DNA of 64,000 nt from Octopus vulgaris (lineage: Eukaryota), in NCBI GenBank assembly GCA_951406725.2, contig OX597814.1, positions 209,436,001-209,500,000 on the forward strand, read 5' to 3'. The notes beneath the pieces were generated by a model. That model searched no databases. It saw nothing but the letters and a program-made list of their open reading frames with translations, and was not told the origin of the DNA. Positions 42,336 through 54,479 of this stretch are shown one piece after another. Position numbers and translations under genes: made by a program. The number at the start of each line of letters is the position of its first letter. The first letter of the stretch is position 1.

Positions 42336-42498
42336 AGGCGCAGGAGTGGCTGTGTAGTAAGTAGCTTGCTAACCAACCACATGGTTCCGGGTTCAGTCCC
42401 ACTGCGTGGCATCTTGGGCAAGTGTCTTCTACTATAGCCCCGGGCCGACCAATGCCTTGTGAGTGGATTTGGTAGACGGAAACTGAAAGAAGCCTGTC

Positions 42499-42553
<55 letters not shown>

Positions 42554-42786
42554 ATGTGTGTGTGTTTGTGTGCCTGTGTTTGTTCCCCTAGCATTGTTTG
42601 ACAACCGATGCTGGTGTGTTTGCGTCCCCGTCACTTAGCGGTTCGGCAAAAAGAGACCGATCGAATAAGTACTGGGCTTACAAAAAGAATAAGTCCCGGG
42701 GTCGAGTTGCTCGACTGAAGGCGGTGCTCCAGCATGGCCGCAGTCGGATGACTGAAACAAGTAAAAGAGTAAAAGAGTAAAGAGTA
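42336..42786 (+). mobile_element. Family A SINE, full length
   Basis: AGGCGCAGGAGTGGCTGTG...GGTTCAGTCCC...GACTGAAACAAGTA(AAAGAGTA)n. Confidence 0.92.
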
Positions 42787-43413
42787 TGTTTTTCTTTTTC
42801 CAGCGGAATCAGTTAGTTAATTAATCATGTTATCTATCTATATTTATAATTTCAATCCTCACATTTTATGGTCCTTCTAGCTACATCTACACATACACAC
42901 TGCTGTGTAGATGGATGATGCTCTTTTTCACTTTGTCTTAAAATTCTCTCAACATAAATCTTCCACAAATATTCAACGTCAGATATGTGTTGATTTACCA
43001 ATGGGAGCATGACAATCCAATTTCTTCCTTCAACAAAAGACAATACCCCCAACCCTCCAATCGCTAAAAGTCTAATTTTCCTAAATGCCAACAACATACA
43101 CCCAGAGCTTCTAAAGTATTGTACATGTCCTAAGCTTCCGGCTCGATTTCATAGCGGCCTCACATTAACACAATAATTGGGCATCTGTTTACGAGGGAAT
43201 ACACTTCATCTATCTTGATTCACTCACTCTCTACAAGATGAACATTTATCCATTTTGTAGTTTCTCTCATTATCAGGAAAGTCACTGATGCGATACACAC
43301 AAATGCTTTACCTTTGATCAAAGCCAGAAGAGTTATTCGGCTGACATGCACTATTTTGCATCCTGCTTCTACTACTAAAATAGTTTTATTCTGCCTTTTC
43401 TACTACTAAAATA

Positions 43414-44713
43414 TTGGGTTGGCAACTATGTTCCCGCCATTTTTTTTTAAATTTAAATTTTTCAAAAATTTTAATAAAAAACAACTAATCAATCAATAAT
43501 ATATTCACCCTTGTTGTTTACAACTTCTTCCCAACATTCAACAAGATTTTCAATATCTCGTTGGTAGAAATCACCCGATTTCGACTCGAAAAATTGATCC
43601 AACCGAGCTCTCAATTCTGCATCAGTATTGAACGAAATTCCGCGCATAGCATTTGAAAGAGATCGCAACAGGTGGAAATCCGTTGGTGCCAAATCAGGAG
43701 AGTACGACGGGTGTGTCAGCACTTCCCAGCCATGCATTTGAATGGCTTCCTTGGTCATATTGGCGATATGAGGGCGGGCGTTGTCGTGCAACAGAACTCC
43801 ATGCTGACGATTAGGCCTTTTTTCTTGAATAGCCGTGCTGAGTTTTCCCATCTGTTGAACACAGAGTTCCGCGTTGACCGCATGGTTCCGTTCAAGCAAT
43901 TCGTAATGGATAATCCCTTCCCAGTCCCACTATACGCACAACATCGTTTTACGCGGATGAATATCTTGTTTCACGTGCGGTGTCGCTTGTTTACCAGTGC
44001 TAAGCCATTCCTTACGCTGCTTCATATTGATGTACAGGCCCCAATTCTCTTCGCCAGTAACGATTTGGTAAAGAAATCGTTGCTTGTGTCCATGAGTTGA
44101 GCGGTGACGAGCAAGCAAACCAGCGGAGATTGTGGCTCATTGATTTTTGTTGTTGTCACTTAAAGCATGCGGAACCCATGCTCCATACTTCTGAACCTTT
44201 CCCATCGAGTGAAGATGCTTCTCTATAGCAGTGTGGGAGCATTCCATTTTCTCTGCCAGTTCCCTTGCCGTTTGACGAGAATTTTCGTGCAAAAGTTGGT
44301 TTAATCATTCCTCATCGAACTCAACTGGACAGCCAGATCGAGGTACGTCTTTGGGGTCAAAATTTCCATTTTTGAACTTGGCATACCAATCACGAGCAGA
44401 TCTTTCAGCTCTGGCACCCTCTCCATGCACAGCTAAAATGTCGCGACCAGCTTTTGCGGCCTTAGAACCTTGATTAAAACCAAAAAGAAGGTGGTGTCGA
44501 AAATGCTCGTTTTTCTTAAATTGACATTCCATGTTAATGATCTGAAAATAAACAAAACTTAACTAAAATTAACTAGAAAAAACAAAACAAAACAAAATAG
44601 ATTCCAAAATGATTCAAAAATAGAATTCTCGAAAAAAATAGATTCCAAAATTTATAAACGCAATAAATTCCAAAATTAAAAAAAAAACGGCGGTAACTTA
44701 GTTGCCAACCCAA
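43414..44713 (-). mobile_element. Full-length mariner (1300 bp), mellifera-subfamily-like TIRs
   Basis: TA-TTGGGTTGGCAACTA...TAGTTGCCAACCCAA-TA; contains a transposase pseudogene. Confidence 0.95.
43489..44532 (-). pseudogene. Mariner DD34D transposase pseudogene (348 codons including the terminal stop, single frame)
   Basis: Motifs WVPHAL, IVTGEENW (first catalytic D changed to E), LHDNARPH, HPSYSPDLAPTDFHL. In-frame stops at 44305-07, 44137-39 and 43930-32; no net frameshift. Confidence 0.93.
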
Positions 44714-45480
44714 TAGTTTTGCGCCCGTTAAATAATAAGTTTTTTGTTTTAATCAACCAAGTCCTTACGATATATTTTTTGCCCTTTCTGTTGTCTCCCA
44801 CCATAGCTCTCACACTATGCACATTTTTACTAACCCCTAGTTGAATAATCTGTCATTTTTGTCAGCAAGTCTACATGCATTCAAAGAGTGATGCTGAACG
44901 TCATCCATATCGATCGCACCAGCCTAGGAGGACCTGCAAAGGCCATCGGTGATATTATTTCTCCTTCGACTAATTAATAATTAGCCAATGATAGAGTTGC
45001 TACCTGGCTCGTAATTTACTAGAAATAACAGTAACATTTACTAAAATCACACTCTAACATCATACCTGTACGAACACATCGGAAAACATAAATTAAGACG
45101 GGTTAGTCAGGACAGGAATGCCTTGCCTTTAATACTAAATCTTGACCAGATGTGATTTAGGGCTGAACGGCAATAAAAATTACTAATAATTTTTATTAAT
45201 AAGTTGTAAATTTCCTCTTCAAAATGCATGAACATATACAATTTCCGGAAACTTGAATCGTGTACTTGAATCGTCAACAGCTCTCGTATTTCTTAGCGAA
45301 ATCACCTAAAATAAATACCGATATTATTCTATTTTAACTAATAGGTGAAACATTTTGGACAATGCAGCATGACGAACACTTGACCTACGGTTTCATATTT
45401 TAGCGAATAAATCTTCCTTCATTTTATCAGTTGAACATAATATAGACTCGAGCAGCACGCGTTCTGACATGCAATAGTTG

Positions 45481-45983
45481 ATTGTATATGGTCGCAGTGC
45501 GATAGATTTGGCATGTTATTCCATCTTTGCCCCTCCCCCAACATTCACAAACATACATAAATGCATGATCCATGGCAGATAATATAAATGTGATAGCTCA
45601 CAATATCCGTTACGTGGATGCGCAAAATGCAAAACATAGCAACAGAATCTCTTAGAAACTTGAACTTACCTTAAATTTTCATTAATATACTGGATGACTC
45701 AATATGTGACAGAAAGGGGGAATTTTAATATATTGTATATGGTCGCAGTGCGATAGATTTGGCATGTTATTCCATCTTTGCCCCTCCCCCAACATTCACA
45801 AACATACATAAATGCATGATCCATGGCAGATAATATAAATGTGATAGCTCGCAATATCCGTTACGTGGATGCGCAAAATGCAAAACATAGCAACAGAACT
45901 TCTTAGAAACTTGAACTTACCTTAAATTTTCATTAATATACTGGATGACTCAATACGTGACAGAAAGGGGGAATTTTAATATA
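45481..45983. repeat. Recent 251-bp tandem duplication
   Basis: 45481-45731 and 45732-45983 are nearly identical. Confidence 0.92.
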
Positions 45984-46342
45984 TATTCTAGCAGAATGAT
46001 TTTGCCCTATTGTAGTACTAGTAATACCAAAAATACAAGTTGCTTTCATGTTTGGTTTCTAAAGTTAAATTGTCAACCATTACTGTTTTGTTGTTGCTAT
46101 TCTTCAATTCCAGTAGGCCTTCCAGCTGTTGTATTGAGAACAACATTATAACGAATTCCCCTTTTGTTTTAAAGCCAGTAGGGCGTGCTTTGAGAAATAA
46201 ATAACTCTTATTTCCGGCAGGTTGAAGGTTTGCATAGAGACTCGTTTCAAGATCTTAGTTATTGTTGAAGCCTGTGAGTGCACAGAAAAACTTAATTTGA
46301 AGAAAGCAAGGAAGAAAGGAAGCGAAAAGCAAGCGAGCGAGA

Positions 46343-46382
<40 letters not shown>

Positions 46383-46527
46383 CGAGAGAGAGAGAGAGGG
46401 CGAGAGAGAAAGAGAGAAAGAGAGAGAACAATAAGGTGAAAAGAAAAAACCGACAAAGAGAGAAAGGAAGAAGAGAAAAATACAAATTTAGAGAGAAAAA
46501 AAACAAACAAACTGAGAACGAGTGAAT

Positions 46528-46589
<62 letters not shown>

Positions 46590-46734
46590 GGGAAATAAAG
46601 GGGGCTAGAGAGGAGGAGAGAAGTAAACAAATTAGGTACAAAGTGAACTCTGAAGAGATTGAAACTAAATGGGGCACTAAAGTATAAAAATATAAACAGA
46701 GAGACAAAGAGAAAGAGGCAAGGGAACACGAATA

Positions 46735-47699
46735 CTGCGATTCATGGCAGTTTCCATTCTCTTCCCAGGGTACATCTTACACTGTGACGATACAGTGCTT
46801 TTATCAATGCGATATTTGGAGTAGTTTGTTCTCAGCGTTTGTTGTTGAGCGCTGCGCACTAATTCCTTAGTGGGCCCTTTGAAGTCTCATTTCTGCAGCC
46901 ATTTCCAGATTCTATTCCAATCAGTCTCATATCTAATCTTCAAGAACTGACTGTACATTTTCTTGTCCTGCCAAATTTTCTTCATCTGATCTCTCTGGTC
47001 TTTCTTAAATCGTGTCGGATCTACGGCTTCATTCACTTTTAAGTTTCCCTGCATTTTCATTGCTTCAACCATTTCTTCTTTACTTCCCTTGACATATCAA
47101 GCCAGGCTAATCTCCTCTTCTCTTACACACCCTCCACAACGCACCAATCCCTGTCCTCCTCCTTCTTTCCTCTTTAATACAATCTTGTCACATCACTCTT
47201 GGGGTGTAGTTCCTTGTTCATTGTCATTAATTTTGGTATTCTCCGGTCTATCTCTTGTAATTCATTCTTTTTCCAAGATACTATTCCTGCCCCATATCTC
47301 ATCAAAGCAACCACCCACGTGTTGATTGCTCTAATCTTATAGAGGCCATTTAGCTTCGATTGGAGCACAAGCAGAGTTCTCCTCAAATACTCTTTCCTCT
47401 ACATTTCTACCATCTTGTGTTCATTCTTCTTAATTCTTTCAACGATACCCAGGTACTTATATCTTTTGTCTCCGACTTCCTTTATAGCTTCGCCACTTTC
47501 CAGTTTGATCCCATGGCTTTTACTGATTTTCTCCCTTTTGAGAATCATTACACCACATTTCTCGATCTCAAGTTCCAAGCCAATATCTTTGCTAATCATG
47601 TCATGGGGAGATGAGCTGGGAGAGGAATCTTTCAAGGGGACAGTCTGTCGCCTCTCCTATTTTTTTGACTGCATACTGCCAGTTGCCGTCGACCTGCAT

Positions 47700-47756
<57 letters not shown>

Positions 47757-47882
47757 ACAATAAGGTGAAAAGAAAATACTGACAAAAAGAGAAACGAAGA
47801 AGAGAAAAATACAAATTGAGAGAGAAAAAATAAACTAAGAACGAGCGAATGAGAGATAGATAGATAGATAAATATATGAATG

Positions 47883-47960
<78 letters not shown>

Positions 47961-48650
47961 CTGCACATTTGCCGTCGAACTCTCGATTTCTTCCTCAGTC
48001 TTAGCGAATAGATTTAGGTCATCCATAAACCACAGGTTGTTTACTTTCACCCTGTCTAGCATGTACCCCCCACACACACATCTTTCTTAAAACGCTGGTT
48101 AGTGGCAGTATGCAGTCAACAAACAGGAGAGGCCACAGACTGTCCCCTTGAGAGATTTCTCTTTTGATATTTACCTCTCCCAGCTCATCTCCCCATGATA
48201 TGAGTTCAGTTCACCACGTTGCCATTGAGATTTTTTATTAACTTCAAGATATTGTGGGAGACCTTAAACAGTTTAAGGCATTCGATAATCCACGAGTGTG
48301 GGAGCATGTCATATGCTTCCCTGTAGTCCACCCATGCCATCGCCAAATTTTTGTGTCTCTTCTTGCAGTCAGCCAGGATAGTCTTATCGATTAGTAATTG
48401 ATCCTTCGTTCTTCTGCTCTTACGTCTACACCCCATTTGTTCCACTGGTAGTAGGTCGTTCTCATCTTGGTACTTGTAGATGGTGTTCGATATGATGGCT
48501 GTCATCACTTTCCACACCAGTGGCAAACAAGATGTTGGTCGGAAATTCCAACAGCTTTCTCTTTACTTGGGTCCTTTAGGCATAGTACCGCTCTTCCTTT
48601 TGTCATCGAGGCCGGCACTCAGTATTTCTCGCAATTCTCTCGTGCAGAGC
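46735..48650 (-). mobile_element. Decayed R4/Dong-clade non-LTR retrotransposon (RT to CCHC region), interrupted
   Basis: [94 protein letters not shown]. Confidence 0.85.
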
Positions 48651-48679
48651 TTATTATTATTATTATTATTATTTTTTTT

Positions 48680-48908
48680 TGTTTTTTTTCTTCTTCTTTC
48701 AAATTTGCTTCCATTTCTTGCTGAGCGTCTTCCCGACTTTCCCCTAGGGCAAAGAAACTCATAGTATACATTGGTAGGCCATTAAACCAAACTCAATAGT
48801 TCGTTCATTTTTTTTTTTAAGGTTAAATTAAAATACATGGGCAGTAACAGCTCTCACAGCGACAATGCTCTTCTCAATACGTGTGATGTACCAGTTAAGA
48901 CAATCTTA
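48680..48908 (-). mobile_element. 3' terminal fragment of another R4/Dong-like element
   Basis: KIVLTGTSHVLRRALSL* is an R4/Dong-type C-terminus, followed by UTR and bounded by (TTA)n. Confidence 0.65.
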
Positions 48909-48932
48909 TTATTATTATTATTATTATTATTA

Positions 48933-49050
48933 CTGATTGAGAGAACAGTGCATGCCGTCAAAGTGACACTGGGGTAAAATATTATTATTATTATTATCAT
49001 TATTATTATCATTATTATTATTATTAATATTATTATTATTATTATTATTA

Positions 49051-49087
<37 letters not shown>

Positions 49088-49655
49088 CATTATTATTACT
49101 GATTGAGAGAACAGTGCATGCCGTCAAAGTGACACTGGGTTGAAATATACGAAGCCCAGTATACCCATCATGACTACCCGACAGATAAGGGTACACTAGG
49201 CACATGCATCACAACCATATGTGCGCGACATGGTGATCTCATATCAAGATAAACAGCACACGACCTTGCAGGTGGGGCCCACTTAGAATTTTTTTTCTGG
49301 TTGAGTAACTCATCCCGCTCAAAAGGTCCCTGAATAAGGGTTTTTTAAGGAAGTTGAACGAAACACCCATGTTTCCAGAGGTGAATTATTCAAACCCCAA
49401 AGAATCCCCCTCAACACATGGCTATGATGCTCCCCCCACTACTTCTGCTCGTGATCAGAGATGTACATGTCGTCAGCCACTAAGGGACATGCTCAACTGG
49501 TTAAGGTCAAACAACTGACAAGCAAATCTATGTATTGAGCAGAATATTTGCTGTAGCTCATCTTTTATACCAAGACAAAATAATGTACATGATAAAACTT
49601 CCAATCAATTAAGATCAGAGGCCACGAGAGTCACTGCCTGGTACTGCATCAGGGC

Positions 49656-49698
<43 letters not shown>

Positions 49699-49980
49699 GT
49701 GATTCTTCTTAGTCTTCTTCTTGTTCTTGCTCTTGTTGTTGTTGCTGTTGTTGTTGTTCTTCTTGTTCTTCTTCTCCTCCCCCTCCTCCTCCTTCTTCTT
49801 CTTCTTCTTCTTATTATTATTAAGTGAGAGAGCAGTGCATTGCATCAAAGTAACACTGGGGTTAAGTATACGAAGCCCAGTATATCCAACATGACTGCCC
49901 ACCTGATAAGGGTACACGGGGCACATGCATCACGACCATAAGTGCGCGACATGGTGATCTCATATAAAACAAACAGCGCA
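48933..49980 (-). mobile_element. Three copies of a non-coding retroposon embedded in (TAA)n
   Basis: 48933-48982, 49099-49660 and 49822-49980 share the left end (TGAGAGA[A/G]CAGTGCAT) and have different right ends, as expected for 5' truncation of a minus-strand element. Confidence 0.75.
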
Positions 49981-51826
49981 GACGTTGTTTACAAATCGCT
50001 CCCGAAGAAAAGAAAATTATCAGTAGAAATGAAGTTTTTAACAAAAACGCTCGCTTGCTGATAGCATCCTAAAGTTTGAAGTCCACTCCGCCGACGTCGA
50101 CAAAAGAAAATAATAAGGTTTGTGTTTTATTCTAAGGCATATTTTATTTTTGTCTTTCATGTTGCCGACATACAAAAAGTGATCATAAATATTTTGCACC
50201 ACACTCACAAGACCTGAAAAAATATACAAAGTAATATATTTCACACAAAAGTCAAATAATTATAGAATTATGTTTTGATTGCAATGCAAAATGCTTATAT
50301 ATATTCACAAAATAAAACAACACACGGACATTTTAATGGTAAACTTCAACATAACAAATTGAAATCTTGTAAACAACAAAATTACACATGTACACATCAC
50401 AGCAAATCTATATATAAAGAAAAGAATGCTATCATTCGTAAACGTTCTTTTAAACGAACATTTTCTTGGAAGCACGAAAACCTGAAAAGTTATGTACACA
50501 AGACGGGCCCCAAGCCATCACAAGCCATCACAGAGACTCATAAGAGTAGAAACATGACCCACCTGTGCCTTGCCAAAGCCACTGAATTTTCTTTTGTTTC
50601 ATCGAAGCAAGATTTGGTGACAGATCTGGCATATACTTTAAATTAATTAACATTCTTTCATTGAGAGAGGGAGGACGCAATATTAGTTAGCTTTAAAAAT
50701 GAGGATGTGTCAAAAACGCAAACTTTACTCGTAGGCTGGTTCTACAGTATTCGCGAAAAAGGTAGAGAAGGGTCACCATCAATGATATTAGTTACAGCAT
50801 TGAGCCCTTATTATTAATCACCTTTATGGTGCAATACGACCAGGTGATAAGCGTTGATGTAGCATTTCGTGTCAGGTGTATGAAAACGATCACCATGGAC
50901 ATACATATGATCATCACTTTTGCAAAAACCAGAAAGCAATAAGTGAGTCATGTAAATGCTGTCGTGGGACCTTAAAGTTCAGCTTCCAAGGTAGACTGCT
51001 CCAGTAGCTACACACCTGAGGGCATAACCAATTTCAAGGTTTTCTGTACAGAAATTTTAAAAGAACAAAAGCACCAAGAAGGATGAATCAAGAAGTTGGT
51101 CGGTCCCGATGCGACACAAGGTGTAATTTTGAGTCGTCAAAAATATAATTGACACTTCGTCATTACTCTTCTCCCTGCCACAACCAAAAAAGAGAAGAGT
51201 CATCCACAATAATAATAAAAAAGAGCTAGCACTCAGCAACGAGAACTCTTACGGTAGTACAATCATGTCCAATACTGCGATGGAAAAAGAGACTGAGACG
51301 AAGGAGGTAACATAAAAATCCAAAAATGGAAGAAAAGACTCAAGGGAAAATATAAAATGCTATAAAAATTCGAGGTGGGGTATACCTAAATTAAAAAAGA
51401 GACAATCTCCGCCAAGGAAGAGTTCATACCTTTTGAAGAAGCTCCAATATCATGGGAAAAGGAACTATTTTCCTTTGTCAACAAAATGTAATTCACAGCC
51501 ACTCGCAAAAATAACAAAGCTCTTTAAGTGACTTATCAAATATACAAGAAATTTCCAGACCGAATCCGAATCGAAGAGGAAATAAAAATCACATTTTAAA
51601 CAAAATATGTCAACTAATATTAGTAGAAACATCATATAGACTATATGAAGTGTTATATTTCTAAAACCCAGAAGTTATAAGATATAGGACGTCAATTGGT
51701 TATTATTAGCGAAAAGATCCCAAAGCAGGATTTTTAGTCTTCAGTTATGAGCAGTACGGGTAAGAAAGATACAAGAAGTTAGATGAGGAACATGTATATC
51801 TTGGTCGATACGAATGGAAGCTTTAC

Positions 51827-51897
<71 letters not shown>

Positions 51898-51899
51898 AA

Positions 51900-52020
51900 A
51901 TAAATGAAAGAATGGAGTTGAATGACGAATTAACAAAATTCCTTTATTTTATTTTCGACATATGTTTCGAAGGCTAACCGAATTATCCATAATAAGATAA
52001 TTCCTTCAACTACTCAATTA
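51900..52020 (-). mobile_element. Truncated pseudo-LTR fragment with the 3' half of a hammerhead
   Basis: Minus strand ...GAATTATC-TTATTATG-GATAATTC...CCTTC-GAAA-CATATG-TC; CUGANGA is absent. Lies between (TA)/(TG) tracts. Confidence 0.5.
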
Positions 52021-52177
52021 TTATATATATATATATATAAGGGGAGAACAGAAATTCTTCGCTTGCTTATTTGAGTTTGTTGGCACTGTTAGTTGCGAGC
52101 AGATCTTCGAAAGCGATGAGAAGCCGAAAGGGTATGTTCTTACTTTCAGTGTTTTCAAATCCAAACCAAGGAGTTTC

Positions 52178-52229
52178 TGAGCTGATGATAGAAGTGTCGT
52201 TTTGATTAATCTTGAAACGTACGTTCTCA
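52178..52229 (+). ncRNA. Minimal type-I hammerhead ribozyme motif, copy 1
   Basis: UGAG-CUGAUGA-U.AGA...UCU.U-GAAA-CGUACG-UU-CUCA: intact core, 4-bp stem I, palindromic stem III, GUU triplet; U-U mismatch at the base of stem II. Confidence 0.7.
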
Positions 52230-52740
52230 AATAACCTTTGCATTTGATTTTTTGATGTCCTTACCCCCAAACTTTTGTGAGTTGAGTTAAGCAAACACTA
52301 TATGATGAGAGAGATTTTCTTTAAGTATTAGAAATAGCTTTAAAAAAGTTTTTTAGCTGCTATTTCTAATGAGTTCAGTATGCGGCAAAGTAATTTATTT
52401 TACTAAGCCCTTTTATATAATGTAATAATTTGAATTCGCCTTGAATGGTCCCTTTGCATACTGAACACTTGGTGAAATTGATTAATAATTAATTAATTTT
52501 ACCCTCAATTGTTGAAATTATAATTAATCTCCCTCTAATTAATGCTTCGGATTTTACCGAAATAAGCATAGTGTTTGATGATTTTAACCCACGCTGGTGG
52601 AAAGGGGAGAACAGAAATTCTTCGCTTGCTTATTTGAGTTTGTTGGCACTGTTAGTTGCGAGCAGATCTTCGAAAGCGATGAGAAGCCGAAAGGGTATGT
52701 TCTTACTTTCAGTGTTTTCAAATCCAAACCAAGGAGTTTC

Positions 52741-52792
52741 TGAGCTGATGATAGAAGTGTCGTTTTGACTAATCTTGAAACGTACGTTCTCA
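52741..52792 (+). ncRNA. Minimal type-I hammerhead ribozyme motif, copy 2
   Basis: Same as copy 1, but stem II has GUC-GUUUU-GAC (copy 1 has GAU). Confidence 0.7.
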
Positions 52793-54479
52793 AATAACCT
52801 TTGCATTTGATTTTTTGATGTCCTTACCCCCAAACTTTTGTGAGTTGAGTTAAGCAAACACTATATGATGAGAGAGATTTTCTTTAAGTATTAGAAATAG
52901 CTTTAAAAAAGTTTTTTAGCTGCTATTTCTAATGAGTTCAGTATGCGGCAAAGTAATTTATTTTACTAAGCCCTTTTATATAATGTAATAATTTGAATTC
53001 GCCTTGAATGGTCCCTTTGCATACTGAACACTTGGTGAAATTGATTAATAATTAATTAATTTTACCCTCAATTGTTGAAATATTATATATATATATGTAT
53101 ATATATATATCGTTTGAATTATTTTGCAATTTATCATGCTTTTGCATTTATATTTTGTCAATATTTCTGCTTTTTAAGAAATTCATCCAATTACATTTTG
53201 CAGGCATCTTTCACCACTCTCTTCATCTTTGGATAACTTGTGCATCTTACCCTACATGTCTTTATAACATTCCCATATTTTTAATCTTTAATTTTATGTA
53301 TTCTTTCAAATCCTTCTGGTTAATAAAGAGAAAAAAAATATCTTTTTATCATTCGTGCTGTGTTTCTTTATTGGCAAGACATGTTTGAGTGGGCACCGTT
53401 TTTGGATTATATTTTATCAAGATTTTAAGACAGTATAATTATTTTTTCCTCGTATCGCGCGAGATTATTAAAATCAAGAGCTTTCTATTTTCCTGTCTTG
53501 TTTAAACAAAAAAACGTCATTTTCAAACACGTGTTTATTTTTTTCACATTTAGCCATACTTCAATATTAGGGATAACGGAAAGAGTTTCTCGTCATAGTG
53601 GTGGCAACAGCCAAATAAACAAATACACTCCTCAACTAAACACTAGTAAATATAATATTAGCACAGATTGAAAAAAAAAGAATCTAAGAGAGAGAAGGCT
53701 AAGAACATCGAAGACATGGAAACAAACCACCGAAAAAAAATGACTGATAGAAACCTGGCAATATTCGTTTTATGCACTCACAATTAAAAAGCAAACAAGA
53801 GCAACTAAAATGACACACAGCAATAAACACAACATGATAACATTCATAAGTGCTCACAGATTGTTAATGACGTTAGATGCAATTCTATGACAGTTTTTGT
53901 CCTTGTCAGAAAAATACCTGGCTAAGGTGTATCACAAAAGAGCATATCATATCTCTTTTCCCGAGGATTTGCTCAAAATAGCAAATTAAGAAGTCCCTAT
54001 TTGATGAATTGGGTGAATCATAGAGAAGCATCTGTAAATTATTCAAGGTCAAGAGCAAATCAGGTATACCTACCTATATGATCATACTATGATACATACA
54101 CTCAGAAACAGTGGAATTGACAATAACCTCTAATGTTCTGACACTCCGCACCCAATATAAGCAGACTGGGAGTACAGAAGCAATGATAAATAATATGTGA
54201 TTGAGATGTGTCAGTACGAAATCAGAAATCCAAATGAGCCCTGAATCCACCGATATTTTTCATGGTACCCTGCTGCGAGTGCTGAAACAAAAACAGAATT
54301 AAGCATAGCAATTCAATGCAGAAAACTTAGCTGTTACACATTCGGTAATGAGAGAGAAATAGAAAGAGACAGAGAGAGAGAAAGAGAGAGATGAATGTGA
54401 GAGAAAGTGTGTTTAGAAACTAATAGATTCTGTATACTACTATCCCAACATCACATATATATGTGTGTATATATGAATG

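Larger units (their letters stand above)
52039..53081 (+). mobile_element. 563-bp-period tandem (1.85 units) PLE pseudo-LTR / retrozyme-like repeat
   Basis: 52039-52518 matches 52602-53081 almost perfectly, with an 83-bp spacer and (TA)n on both sides. One HHR per unit. Confidence 0.85.

Noticed and set aside
50600-51830. Purine-rich stretch resembling a decayed LINE ORF1
   Set aside because: No identifiable motif or sustained reading frame.
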